From positions 1 to 31,168 of the forward strand of contig JBBJOB010000001.1 of the NCBI GenBank assembly GCA_037721455.1: DNA of 31,168 nt, in the 5' to 3' direction. Shown here one piece after another: positions 8,200 through 17,649 of the stretch; position 1 is the stretch's first letter; every line of letters starts with the position of its first letter. A program made the translations under genes and the position numbers. The notes under the pieces are model-generated. The model worked only from the letters and a program-made list of their open reading frames with translations. It ran no database searches and was not told the origin of the DNA. The DNA comes from Solirubrobacteraceae bacterium (lineage in GTDB: Bacteria > Actinomycetota > Thermoleophilia > Solirubrobacterales > Solirubrobacteraceae).

Positions 8200-9771
8200 C
8201 TACCCAGCCTCCTTCTCCTGCTCACGCAGATCGATGCGCCGGATCTTGCCCGTGAGGGTCTTGGGGAGAGAGTCGACGAACTCGACCTTGCGCGGGTAGG
8301 CGTAGGCGGAGAGTCGGCCGCGGACGTGGTCCTTGATGGACTGGGCGCACTCCTCGGAGGGCTCGTGGCCCCCGGTCAGGATGATGAAGGCCTTGACCAC
8401 GTGGCCGCGGCGCTCGTCCGGCGAGGCCACGGCGGCGGCCTCGGCCACGGCGGGGTGCTCCAGGCAGGCGGACTCCACCTCGAACGGGCCGATGCGGTAG
8501 CCCGCGGCGATGATCACGTCGTCGGCGCGGCCCTCGTACCAGACGTAGCCGTCGGCGTCCATCGATGCGGCGTCCCTGGTGTGGAACCAGTCGCCGCCGA
8601 AGTCCTCGTGCGACGCCTTCTCGTTGCGCCAGTAGCCCAGGGGATAGTGCGGGTTGGAGCGTGCGCGCAGGCAGATCTCGCCGCGCTCGCCCTGGGCCAC
8701 GGGCCGCTCGTCCTCGTCGAGGATCTGCACGTCCCAGCCGGGCATCACACGGCCCATGGAGCCCTCGCGGACCTCCATGAACGGGAAGTTGGCCACCAGC
8801 GGATAGGACTCGCTCAGCCCGTAGTAGTCCAGCACGGTCACCCCGAACTGGTCGCGGAACCACTTGATCGCCTCTGGGTTGAGCGGCTCGCCGGCCGAGC
8901 AGACGACGCGGAAGTCCTGCGGGTACTGCGTCCCCGCGTCGGGGACGCCCATCATCGAACGGATGGCCGTGGGTGTGCCGAAGACGTTGGTGGGCCGGTG
9001 ACGGGAGAGGAACGCGAGCTGCTTGACCGGATCGAAGCCGCCCTCGCGCTGGATGACGACCTGCGTGGCGCCCAGGCGCCACGGGCCCAGCAACGGCGAG
9101 ATCCCCGCGGCCCAGGCCCACTCGCCCATGCCGTGGAACAGCTCGCCGTCGCGCACGTCGTGGCACAGCTCGAACTCGTTGTGGCCCAGGATGTAGCGGT
9201 GGGCGTGCAGGATGCCCTTGGCCAGCCCGGTGGTGCCCGAGGTGTAGTAGAGCTGGGCAGGGTCGTCGGCCGCGGTGTCGACGCGCTCGACGTCGGTGGA
9301 GCCCTCGTCCAGCGAGCCGGGCGCGAGCAGGATGACCTCCTCGACCATGTCCTCGGACACGCGGCCCCGGTTGGCCTCGTCGGTGACCAGCGCCTTGGCC
9401 TGGGAGTCGCCGATGCGGTGGCGGATCCCGTCGTCGCCATAGAGCACCGACATGGACAGCAGGATCCCGCCGACCTTCCACACGCCCAGGAAGGCCGCCG
9501 CCGTCTCGGGGATCGGCGGCAGGAGCATGGCCACGCGGTCGCCGGGCTCCACGCCCCGCTCGCGCAGCAGGAGCGCGAAGCGGTCGGACATGTCCTGCAG
9601 CTCGCCCCAGTCCAGGCGGCGCACGGTGCCCTGGGGGTCCTCGTGGATCATCGCCGGCTTGTCGCGCGCGTGCTTGTCGCAGACGTCGTGGGCGATGTTG
9701 TAGCGCTCGGGCACCTCCCAGCGGTGCTGCTCTACGGCCTGCTCGTAGGTCATCGCGGGACTGGTGGCCAT
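8200..9771 (-). CDS. Acyl-CoA synthetase (AMP-binding, short/medium-chain type)
   Basis: YYTSGTTGLAKG, YYGLSE, GRADDVI, IGPFEVES and LPKTLTGKIRR motifs. An AAGGAG Shine-Dalgarno sequence is present. Confidence 0.93.
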   Translation of the reverse strand: MATSPAMTYEQAVEQHRWEVPERYNIAHDVCDKHARDKPAMIHEDPQGTVRRLDWGELQDMSDRFALLLRERGVEPGDRVAMLLPPIPETAAAFLGVWKVGGILLSMSVLYGDDGIRHRIGDSQAKALVTDEANRGRVSEDMVEEVILLAPGSLDEGSTDVERVDTAADDPAQLYYTSGTTGLAKGILHAHRYILGHNEFELCHDVRDGELFHGMGEWAWAAGISPLLGPWRLGATQVVIQREGGFDPVKQLAFLSRHRPTNVFGTPTAIRSMMGVPDAGTQYPQDFRVVCSAGEPLNPEAIKWFRDQFGVTVLDYYGLSESYPLVANFPFMEVREGSMGRVMPGWDVQILDEDERPVAQGERGEICLRARSNPHYPLGYWRNEKASHEDFGGDWFHTRDAASMDADGYVWYEGRADDVIIAAGYRIGPFEVESACLEHPAVAEAAAVASPDERRGHVVKAFIILTGGHEPSEECAQSIKDHVRGRLSAYAYPRKVEFVDSLPKTLTGKIRRIDLREQEKEAG

Positions 9772-9869
9772 GGCGCTCGCTCCTTCGCTCTCTCCTGGGG
9801 TGCCCGGTGTCCTACCCGACAGCGCGCCCTGGCGCCACCCGGAACAGGGACGCGGCGCAGCCGAGCCGT

Positions 9870-10118
9870 TCAGAAGCCGCCCGGCGCATCGCGCGGACGC
9901 GGGTCGCTCCCGTCGCCCTGGTAGTCGAGGAAGGCGCCGACGAGCATCACCGCGGTGGCCAGGAAGATCAGGCCGACGCCGACAGCCACGACGAAGCGCG
10001 ACCGTCCGATGTGACCGGCGAGCGCGACGAGCACACCGAGGGCCATGATCGCCACCACCGAGGTCGGGCCGAGAACGGGACCGTCGGACTGGGCGAGGAT
10101 GGCGAGCACCGCGCGCAT
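9870..10118 (-). CDS. Small two-TM membrane protein
   Basis: 82 aa from ATG 10118 with two hydrophobic helices (VVAIMALGVLVALAG; FVVAVGVGLIFLATAVMLVGAF). Confidence 0.6.
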   Translation of the reverse strand: MRAVLAILAQSDGPVLGPTSVVAIMALGVLVALAGHIGRSRFVVAVGVGLIFLATAVMLVGAFLDYQGDGSDPRPRDAPGGF

Positions 10119-10169
10119 GCTGCCATGGGGGGGCGAACTCCGCCCCGGTAGAGCCTGGGCCAGGTGTGG

Positions 10170-10291
10170 ATGCGACAAGGAGGCGGGACTACGACGCTGA
10201 CCTCGCCGCTCCTGCCCGGCTTCGCCCTCCCGGTGGCGGACGTCTTCGAGCTGCTGACCAGCCCGCACACCGCGCGTGTCACGATGAAAGC

Positions 10292-10295
<4 letters not shown>
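10170..10295 (+). pseudogene. 3' remnant of a Uma2-family gene (41-aa ORF)
   Basis: TLTSPLLPGFALPVADVF matches TLASPLLPGFALPVADIF at the C-terminus of the Uma2 at 7546-8109. The TGA overlaps the GTG of the MoxR gene. Confidence 0.7.
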
Positions 10296-11162
<867 letters not shown>

Positions 11163-11179
<17 letters not shown>

Positions 11180-12596
11180 GGAAAGCGTGGGGGCCCCCGT
11201 CGCGCAGGAGGGCATGGCCCTACGGCTGGTGGACTTCGCGCGCGAGCTGCGCGAGGAGGGCGTGATGACCGGGACCAGCGAGCTGCTGGACGCCGTCGCC
11301 GTCCTGCGCGAGGTGGCGTGGACCGACCGCGACGCCTTCCGTGAGGCGCTGGCCGCCACGCTGGCCAAGTCCCAGGAGGACCGGCGCATCTTCGCGCTCG
11401 TCTTCGAGCGCTTCTTCTTCCGCGCGACGGAAGCGGCCGCGCTGCGCGAGGGGGTGCGTGAATCCCGCCCGCCCACCCACGAGGAGACCGGGGACGGTGA
11501 CGCCCCCGGCGAGCTCGACCTCGAGATGCTGCGCCAACAGATCGCCCGGGCCGTCCAGCAGGGCAGCGAGGGCGCGATGCGCGACCTGGCACGCCTGGCC
11601 ATAGCCGCTTTCGGGCGCCCGGGGGAGGGATCGGGCGTGATCGGCGTGGACGTCCAGCGCATCCGCCGCCAGCTCGGCCTGCGCGCCGAGCCCCAGCCCG
11701 AGCTGGATGCCGACGACCCCCGCGCCGCCGGCCTGCCCCGCGACGCGCTGCGGCGCTTCGAGGCCCTGCTGCGCCGCGAGCTGGAGCGTGGGCAGATCGA
11801 GCGCACCGAGACACTGCCGCCCTCCCGGCCCCTAAACGAGCTGGACCGCGCGCTGCCCTCCGGCCCGCTGGCGGACCTGGCCGCAGTGCACCGCGTGGTG
11901 GCCCAGCTCAAGCGCCGGCTGAAGACCCAGGGCCAGGAGCACCGCGGGGCGCGGCGGCGCACCCACGTCGACATCCGGCGCACCATGCGCGCGTCGCTGC
12001 AGACCGGCGGGGTCCCCGTTGTGCTCAAGGAGCGCCCCGTGCGGCCCCGGCGCCCGGAGATCTACGTCCTGTGCGACGTGTCGACCTCGGTGACCAGCGC
12101 CTCGGTGTTCTTCCTGTCCGTGCTCCACGCCCTGCACGACTCGTTTCGCAAGATGCGCTCCTTCGTTTTCATCGAGCGCATCAGCGAGGTGACCGACGTC
12201 TTCGAGCGCGAGCGCGACTTCAAGGCGGTCAGCGAGGCCATCGGGCGTAACGCCGGCGTCGCCGACATCTCCGGCTACACGGATTACGGCCGAGTGTGGA
12301 GCGAGTTCCGCGAGCAGGTGGGAGATGACCTCCACCGCCGCGCGACGATCATCGTGCTGGGCGACGCGCGCACCAACGGGCGCGACCCGCGCGCCGACAT
12401 CTTCGCCTCCATCGCCGCCGACGCGGGGCGGACCTTCTGGCTCAACCCCGAGCCGCGGCTGTACTGGAACTACGGCGACTCGGTGATCAGCGCCTACGAG
12501 CGTCACTGCCGCGCGTTCGAGTGCTGGACCACCCGTCACCTCGAGGACTTCGTCGAGGCGCTGGCGCGGCCGACCTCGATGAGCCCCGACCCGTAG
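11163..12596 (+). CDS. VWA domain protein (CoxE-like), partner of MoxR
   Basis: DIRRTMRASL, LCDVSTSV MIDAS, GYTDYG, LGDARTN and WLNPEP motifs. The start is uncertain (11163, 11187 or 11214). Confidence 0.9.
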
Positions 12597-12616
12597 GCGC
12601 GTCCTACCGTGGGGGC

Positions 12617-13402
12617 GTGCTGGCGCGCGGGCTGACAGCGACCGACGGGCGGACGCAATCTCCTGCGAGAGAGGGCGGCGTGGTGCTGCGCGACGTCGAG
12701 CGAGTGTTCACGACCGGCCGGGGGCGCCGCACGAAGCGGATCGAGGCGCTGGCCGGCCTGACGCTGCGCGTCCAGCCCGGCGAGGTGGTGGCCGTCGTCG
12801 GGCCCTCGGGCTGCGGCAAGACCACGCTGCTGGAGCTGGTGTGCGGTCTCCAGGCTCCCGACGCCGGTGCGGTCGAGGCCGCGCCCGCGGTGCTGATGCC
12901 CCAGCGCGACCTGCTGCTGCCCTGGATGGACGCCCTGGACAACGCGGGCCTGGCCCGGCGGGTGGCCGGGGCCTCCCGCGAGGAGGCCCGCGTCGCCGCC
13001 CGGCCGTTGTTTGCGGCCTTCGGCCTCGAGGGCTTCGAGGACCAGCGACCGGCCGCGCTGAGCGGTGGCATGCGCCAGCGCGTCGCGTTCCTGCGCACGC
13101 TGCTGGCCGGCAAGCCCGTCCTCTGCCTCGACGAGCCCTTCGGCGCCCTGGACGCGCTGACCCGCGCCGAGATGCAGGCCTGGCTGGCCGGCGCGCTGGC
13201 GACAGACCCCCGCACGACCCTCCTGGTCACCCACGACGTCGAGGAGGCGCTGCTGCTGGCCGACCGCGTGGCGGTGCTCTCCTCGCGCCCCGGACGTGTC
13301 GTCGCCGAGCTCGAGGTGCCCGCGCCGCGACCCCGCAGGGCGACCAATTCCGCGCTCGTCGCCCTGCGCGAGCAGGCCATGGAGGCACTTTGGGCCGGCT
13401 GA
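12617..13402 (+). CDS. ABC transporter ATP-binding protein (TauB/SsuB/ThiZ-like)
   Basis: GPSGCGKTT, LSGGMRQR, LDEPFGALD and VTHD motifs. The start is GTG 12617 (TACCGT 6 nt upstream) or GTG 12680. Confidence 0.92.
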   Translation: MLARGLTATDGRTQSPAREGGVVLRDVERVFTTGRGRRTKRIEALAGLTLRVQPGEVVAVVGPSGCGKTTLLELVCGLQAPDAGAVEAAPAVLMPQRDLLLPWMDALDNAGLARRVAGASREEARVAARPLFAAFGLEGFEDQRPAALSGGMRQRVAFLRTLLAGKPVLCLDEPFGALDALTRAEMQAWLAGALATDPRTTLLVTHDVEEALLLADRVAVLSSRPGRVVAELEVPAPRPRRATNSALVALREQAMEALWAG

Positions 13403-14136
13403 GCGCAGCCGCGGCGGTCGTCGTGCTCCTCGGCGCCTGGGAGCTCTACGCCCGCGCGGGCGGGATCGACGAGCTCGTGCTTCCGGCCCCCAGCGCGATC
13501 GGCGAGACCCTGTGGACCGACCGCGGCCTCCTTGCGGAGAACTTCGTCGTCACCGCCACGGAGATCGCCGGCGGGATCGCGCTGGCCCTCGTGCTCGGCT
13601 GCGCCCTGGCCGTGGCGCTGCACGTGTCGCGCCCGGTGCGCGGGGCGCTGTACCCGCTGCTGGTGGCCAGCCAGGCCATCCCCATCGTGATCCTCGCCCC
13701 CCTCCTGGTCATCTGGCTGGGCTTCGGGGTGCTGCCCAAGCTGGCCATCATCGCGCTGGTCTGCTTCTTTCCCGTGGTCGTGACCACCCTGGACGGCCTG
13801 CGCGCCGTCGACCCCGACCAGCGCAAGCTCCTGCGCAGCATGGACGCCTCCCGCACGGCGCTGTTGCGCTTCGTCGAGCTGCCCGCGGCCGCGCCCGCCG
13901 CGCTCAGCGGCGCGCGCATCGCGGTGGCCGTCGCGGTGGTGGGAGCGGTGTTCGCCGAGTACGCGGGGTCCAGCAAGGGCCTGGGCCACCTCATGCTGCA
14001 GGCCGTGCCCCAGCTCGAGACCCCGCGAGCCTGGGCCGCGGTCGTCGTGCTGGCCGCCTTCTCGGTCACCCTCTTCACCGCCCTGGGCGCGCTGGAACGC
14101 CGCCTGACCCACAACGCGGGAGGATCCCACTCGTGA
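13390..14136 (+). CDS. ABC transporter permease (TauC/SsuC/ThiX-like)
   Basis: LPAPSAI, SQAIP and VELPAAAP (EAA-loop region) motifs, plus AEYAGSSKGLG. TTG 13390 follows GGAGG. Confidence 0.9.
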   Translation: MGRLSAAAAVVVLLGAWELYARAGGIDELVLPAPSAIGETLWTDRGLLAENFVVTATEIAGGIALALVLGCALAVALHVSRPVRGALYPLLVASQAIPIVILAPLLVIWLGFGVLPKLAIIALVCFFPVVVTTLDGLRAVDPDQRKLLRSMDASRTALLRFVELPAAAPAALSGARIAVAVAVVGAVFAEYAGSSKGLGHLMLQAVPQLETPRAWAAVVVLAAFSVTLFTALGALERRLTHNAGGSHS

Positions 14137-15203
14137 CCCGACGCGTCCCGACCCTCGCCGCCCTCCTGGCCGGCGCCCTGACCCTGGCCGCCTGCGGCGA
14201 GCGCGAGGAGCCCACCGGCGCCGGCGCCGCCGCCCTGGCGCCGCTGCAGCCGCTGGAGGTCATGCTCGACTTCCCCCCCAGCCCCGAGCACGCCGGCCTG
14301 TTCGCTGCGCAGGAGGGCGGGGCGTTCGAGGACGCGCGGCTGGACGTCGAGCTGACCGAGCCGCCCGAGCCCTCGGCTCCGCTGGAGGCGCTGGAGGCCG
14401 GCGAGGTCGACATCGCGATCTCCTACGAGCCGGAGCTGCTGCTCGCGCGCGACCGAGGTGCGGACCTGGTCTCCATCGGCGCGCTCGTGCAGGTGCCGCT
14501 GACGTCCGTCGTCTCCAGCGGCGAGGACGCCGTGCGGCGCACCGGGCAGCTGCGCGGCCGGCGCGTGGCCACCGCCGGCCTGGCCTACCAGGAGGCGCTG
14601 CTGCGCGCGATCCTCCAGCAGAAGGGCGTGCGTCCCGCCGACGTGCGGCTCTCCGACGTCGGCTTCGACCTCCTCGACGCCACCGTGTCGGATCGCTTCG
14701 TCGCGGTCTTCGGCGCGACGTGGAACGACGAGGCCGTCGAGCTGGATCGGGCGAACCGCCGCCCCGCCGTCCTGCGGGTCGGCCGCCTGGGGGTGCCCAC
14801 CTACGCCGAGCTGGTCTTCGTGGTCCGCGCGCAGGACGCCCGCGAGCGCGGCCCCCTCCTGCGGCGGTTCATGCAGGCCGTGGCCAGCGGGCACCGCCTG
14901 CTGCGCGAGGACCCCGACGAGGGCACGGCCGTCCTGCTGCGCGAGAACCGCGACCTGAACGCAGCGGCCACCAGGGCCAGCGTGCGCGAGACCCTTCCGC
15001 TGTTCTTCCCCGACCAGGAGGACGCGCCGGAGGACCAGGACCGCGAGCGGCCGTTCGGCTTCCAGGACCTCGAGGAGCGGGACGCCTTCGGGCGCTGGAT
15101 GCTCGCCAACGGCCTCGTACGCTCGCCGCCGGACGCCCGCGTCGCGGCGACCAACGAGTTCCTGCCCGGCGAGGGCATCGTGGTCGACGAGGGCGCCCCC
15201 TAG
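14133..15203 (+). CDS. ABC substrate-binding lipoprotein, NMT1/THI5-like (ThiY-like)
   Basis: LAAC lipobox, LDFPPSPEHAGLF, ISYEPELL and GVPTYAELV motifs. The GTGA overlap couples it to the permease. Confidence 0.85.
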   Translation: MTRRVPTLAALLAGALTLAACGEREEPTGAGAAALAPLQPLEVMLDFPPSPEHAGLFAAQEGGAFEDARLDVELTEPPEPSAPLEALEAGEVDIAISYEPELLLARDRGADLVSIGALVQVPLTSVVSSGEDAVRRTGQLRGRRVATAGLAYQEALLRAILQQKGVRPADVRLSDVGFDLLDATVSDRFVAVFGATWNDEAVELDRANRRPAVLRVGRLGVPTYAELVFVVRAQDARERGPLLRRFMQAVASGHRLLREDPDEGTAVLLRENRDLNAAATRASVRETLPLFFPDQEDAPEDQDRERPFGFQDLEERDAFGRWMLANGLVRSPPDARVAATNEFLPGEGIVVDEGAP

Positions 15204-15316
15204 CAGCACCGCCAAGGGTGTGATGGATCGTGGCGCTCCAGGCATGGAGACGGGCTCGGGCGCGGCCTCGGTCTCTCTCCCTCGATGCTGCCGTTCGCCG
15301 AGACCGCCGCCCGGCC

Positions 15317-16183
15317 TCAGGCCGCGACCCGGGCCGTGGGCCTCACTTGGTGCTGGAGCGCCATGGCGTGCGCGCCTGCGAGCCCCGCCCACGCGCCGTA
15401 GACGGCGAAGCGCTCGCGCACGACGGCCTCGTCGACGCGGGCGGCCGGGTCCCCGCCGCTGTCCAGGCGGCCCAGCAGCTTGCGAAACCCCAGGTCGCCG
15501 GCGGGGAGGACGTCGTAGCGGCCCTGGCCGTGCAGGGCCAGGCACGCGACCGTCCAGCTCCCCACGCCGGGCAGCGCGCGCAGGCGCACCCAGCCGCGCT
15601 CGTGGTCGGGGTCCTCCAGGTCGACGCGGCCGCGTGCCACCTCGCGGGCCACGCGGGCCAGGCTCAGCGCCCGCCGGGGTGCGAGATCCCACCCCTCCAG
15701 GCGCGCGGGCGAGCAGGCCGCCAGCGCCGCCGCGTCGGGCGCCGCGCCCAGCCCCGTCGCCTCGCACCGCGGCCCCAGCGCGCGGGCGATGCGCCGCTGG
15801 ATCGCCGCCGCGCGCACCAGCTCGATGAGCTGCTCGCAGACCGCCCAGGCCAGCGCCTCGAAGGGCGGGCGGCGGGTCACCCGCAGCCACGGGCGCCGAC
15901 GCACCGAGGCGCCGATGAGGGGATCCAACCGGAAGGCCTCGTGGAAGGCGCGCAGGTCCTCGTCCACGCCCAGCGCCCAGCGCAGCCAGCGCAGCGCTGT
16001 CGCGGCCACCGCGGGCGTGTCGGCCCAGGCGCCGAGCACTACCCGGTCGAACGTGGGCTGCGCTGCCCGGACGACCGCGGATGCCCCGCCGACCACCACG
16101 AGACGCTCCAGCACGCCGCCACGCCTGCGCCACACGCCGTCCATCGACCCGCCCGGGAGCCGGAACGCCCACGCGGGGCGCAC
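15317..16183 (-). CDS. HhH-GPD DNA glycosylase (AlkA-like)
   Basis: PFEALAWAVCEQ, HhH LPGVGSWT and the GPD-like LPAGDLG motif. The start is uncertain. Confidence 0.8.
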   Translation of the reverse strand: MRPAWAFRLPGGSMDGVWRRRGGVLERLVVVGGASAVVRAAQPTFDRVVLGAWADTPAVAATALRWLRWALGVDEDLRAFHEAFRLDPLIGASVRRRPWLRVTRRPPFEALAWAVCEQLIELVRAAAIQRRIARALGPRCEATGLGAAPDAAALAACSPARLEGWDLAPRRALSLARVAREVARGRVDLEDPDHERGWVRLRALPGVGSWTVACLALHGQGRYDVLPAGDLGFRKLLGRLDSGGDPAARVDEAVVRERFAVYGAWAGLAGAHAMALQHQVRPTARVAA

Positions 16184-16203
16184 CTCGGTGCGAGCCTCGG
16201 CCC

Positions 16204-16482
16204 TCAGCGCCGCTGGCCCAGCACGTGCACGTCGACCAGGAAGGAGCGCGAGGAGACGATGGGCCCCACGCCTCTGGTACGCCGCCGTCGTCGCGCGCGC
16301 CGGGTGTGCCTCCCCTTCCAGGCCGCGATGGTGGCCAGACCGGCCACGAAGCTGGTGGCCGCCACCGCGGCGGCCTGGACGGTCGGCTGGGCCAGCGCGC
16401 CGCCCGCGGCCGGCCGGTCGGCCAGCTCGCCGTCGACCTCCTCGACGGGGGCGACGGGCAGGCGCTGGGGCTCCACGGTCAT
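16204..16482 (-). CDS. Small single-TM protein with an Arg-rich tail
   Basis: ATG 16482 has TATCGT 7 nt upstream. The TM segment AAAVAATSFVAGLATIAAW is followed by RRARRRRR. Confidence 0.7.
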   Translation of the reverse strand: MTVEPQRLPVAPVEEVDGELADRPAAGGALAQPTVQAAAVAATSFVAGLATIAAWKGRHTRRARRRRRTRGVGPIVSSRSFLVDVHVLGQRR

Positions 16483-16512
16483 GGCCGCCACGATACCGCG
16501 CAGGGCGGCTGC

Positions 16513-17634
16513 TCAGAGAACCTTCTCAAAGACCCGGTAGCGCTTGACGATCCGCCCGCCCATGGCCTCCATGGCCTTGTTCATGTTGTGGTTGGTCTCC
16601 AGGATCCACCCCATCTCCCCACCCTTGTACGGGGTCACCGCGGCCATGTCGAAGTGCTCGACGTACAGCTTGGCCGCCACCCCGGTGTGCTGGAACTCGG
16701 GCTTGACGCCCAGGAACCCCACCCGCACCCGGTCCACCGTCGAGCCCTTGCGCAGGAAGTGCCACCAGCCCAGCGGGAGCAGGCGCCCGTTCATGCGGCG
16801 CAGGACCTGGTTGACGTCTGGCACGGTGATGGCCACGCCGACCGTCTCGCCGTCCTTCTCGGCCACCATGAACCAGTGGGGGTCGAAGACGAGCTGCAGC
16901 TCCTGGGCGTAGGCGTCGAGGTCGGCCTTCGTGTAGGGGACGAAGCCCCAGTTGTCCTTCCATGCGGCGTTGTAGACCTCGGCGAAGGCGTCGAGGTCGC
17001 GGCGCAGCGAGCGGCGCGACATCTTGCGCACGACGATGCCGTGGCGGGACTCCACCTGCCCGGCCAGGTCGAAGATGATCGGCTTCATCGCGCCGCGATC
17101 GGCGATCTCGAGGTTCCACATGTAGAGGTCGATGACCTTCTCGAGCCCCACGCCCTCGCACAGCGGCGCGTAGTGGGGCGGGTGCCAGGGCTGCTTGATC
17201 ATCGGCGCCAGGTCGAAGCCCTCGATGAGCACGCCGGCCTCGTCGTTCAGCGTGAAGTCGAACGGGCCGACCATGCGGTCGCGGCCCCGGGCGCGCAGCC
17301 AGCCCGCCGCGGCCTCCACCAGGGCCGACGCCACCTCGGGGTCGTCCTCCAGTTCCAGGAACCCGAAGTTCCCCCATGCGTTGGCATGATGAGCGTTGAA
17401 GGCGTGGTCGATCTGCGCAGAGATGCGTCCGACCACCCTGCCGCCGCGACGGGCCAGGAAGAGCCGGGCATCGCCGTGGCCGAAGAACGCGTTGCAGCGC
17501 CGGCTGAGGTACACGTGGCGCTCCAGGCGCAGGGGCGGGACCCACTGGGCGGAGTTAGAGTGCAGCCGGAACGGGAGCTCGATGAACTCTCGCACGTCGC
17601 GCCTCGACGCCACCGGTCTGACCTCGACGGGCAC
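16513..17634 (-). CDS. Tandem-GNAT N-acyltransferase, candidate bacterial ceramide synthase (bCerS-like)
   Basis: FIELPFRL...WVPPL, LFLARRGGRVVGRISAQID, GNFGFLE and MVGPF motifs, an acyl-CoA-binding-like LGVKPEFQHTG, and EMGWILETN. 373 aa, divergent from the SPT-like gene. Confidence 0.75.
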   Translation of the reverse strand: MPVEVRPVASRRDVREFIELPFRLHSNSAQWVPPLRLERHVYLSRRCNAFFGHGDARLFLARRGGRVVGRISAQIDHAFNAHHANAWGNFGFLELEDDPEVASALVEAAAGWLRARGRDRMVGPFDFTLNDEAGVLIEGFDLAPMIKQPWHPPHYAPLCEGVGLEKVIDLYMWNLEIADRGAMKPIIFDLAGQVESRHGIVVRKMSRRSLRRDLDAFAEVYNAAWKDNWGFVPYTKADLDAYAQELQLVFDPHWFMVAEKDGETVGVAITVPDVNQVLRRMNGRLLPLGWWHFLRKGSTVDRVRVGFLGVKPEFQHTGVAAKLYVEHFDMAAVTPYKGGEMGWILETNHNMNKAMEAMGGRIVKRYRVFEKVL

Positions 17635-17649
17635 GGCGGGCCACCCTAC

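Noticed and set aside
8200-9771. Acyl-CoA ligase as the fatty-acyl donor for the SPT-like enzyme
   Set aside because: It is about 7 kb away, is separately transcribed and looks like a short/medium-chain enzyme, so nothing links them in the sequence.
12597-12680. TPP riboswitch (gggggcgtgc...gctgacag...acc resembles its 5' half)
   Set aside because: CUGAGA is imperfect, the ACCUGA and AUAC/AUGC...GGGA elements are absent, and the stretch is probably coding from GTG 12617.
13446-16172. Long alternative-frame ORFs (13446-16172, 21994-24822, 7726-9924, 2437-4275, 28198-30285 and the 5' parts of 16081-18897 and 16513-18876)
   Set aside because: They are antisense or shifted shadows of well-supported genes, rich in Arg/Pro/Gly/Ala with no motifs, as expected at this GC content.
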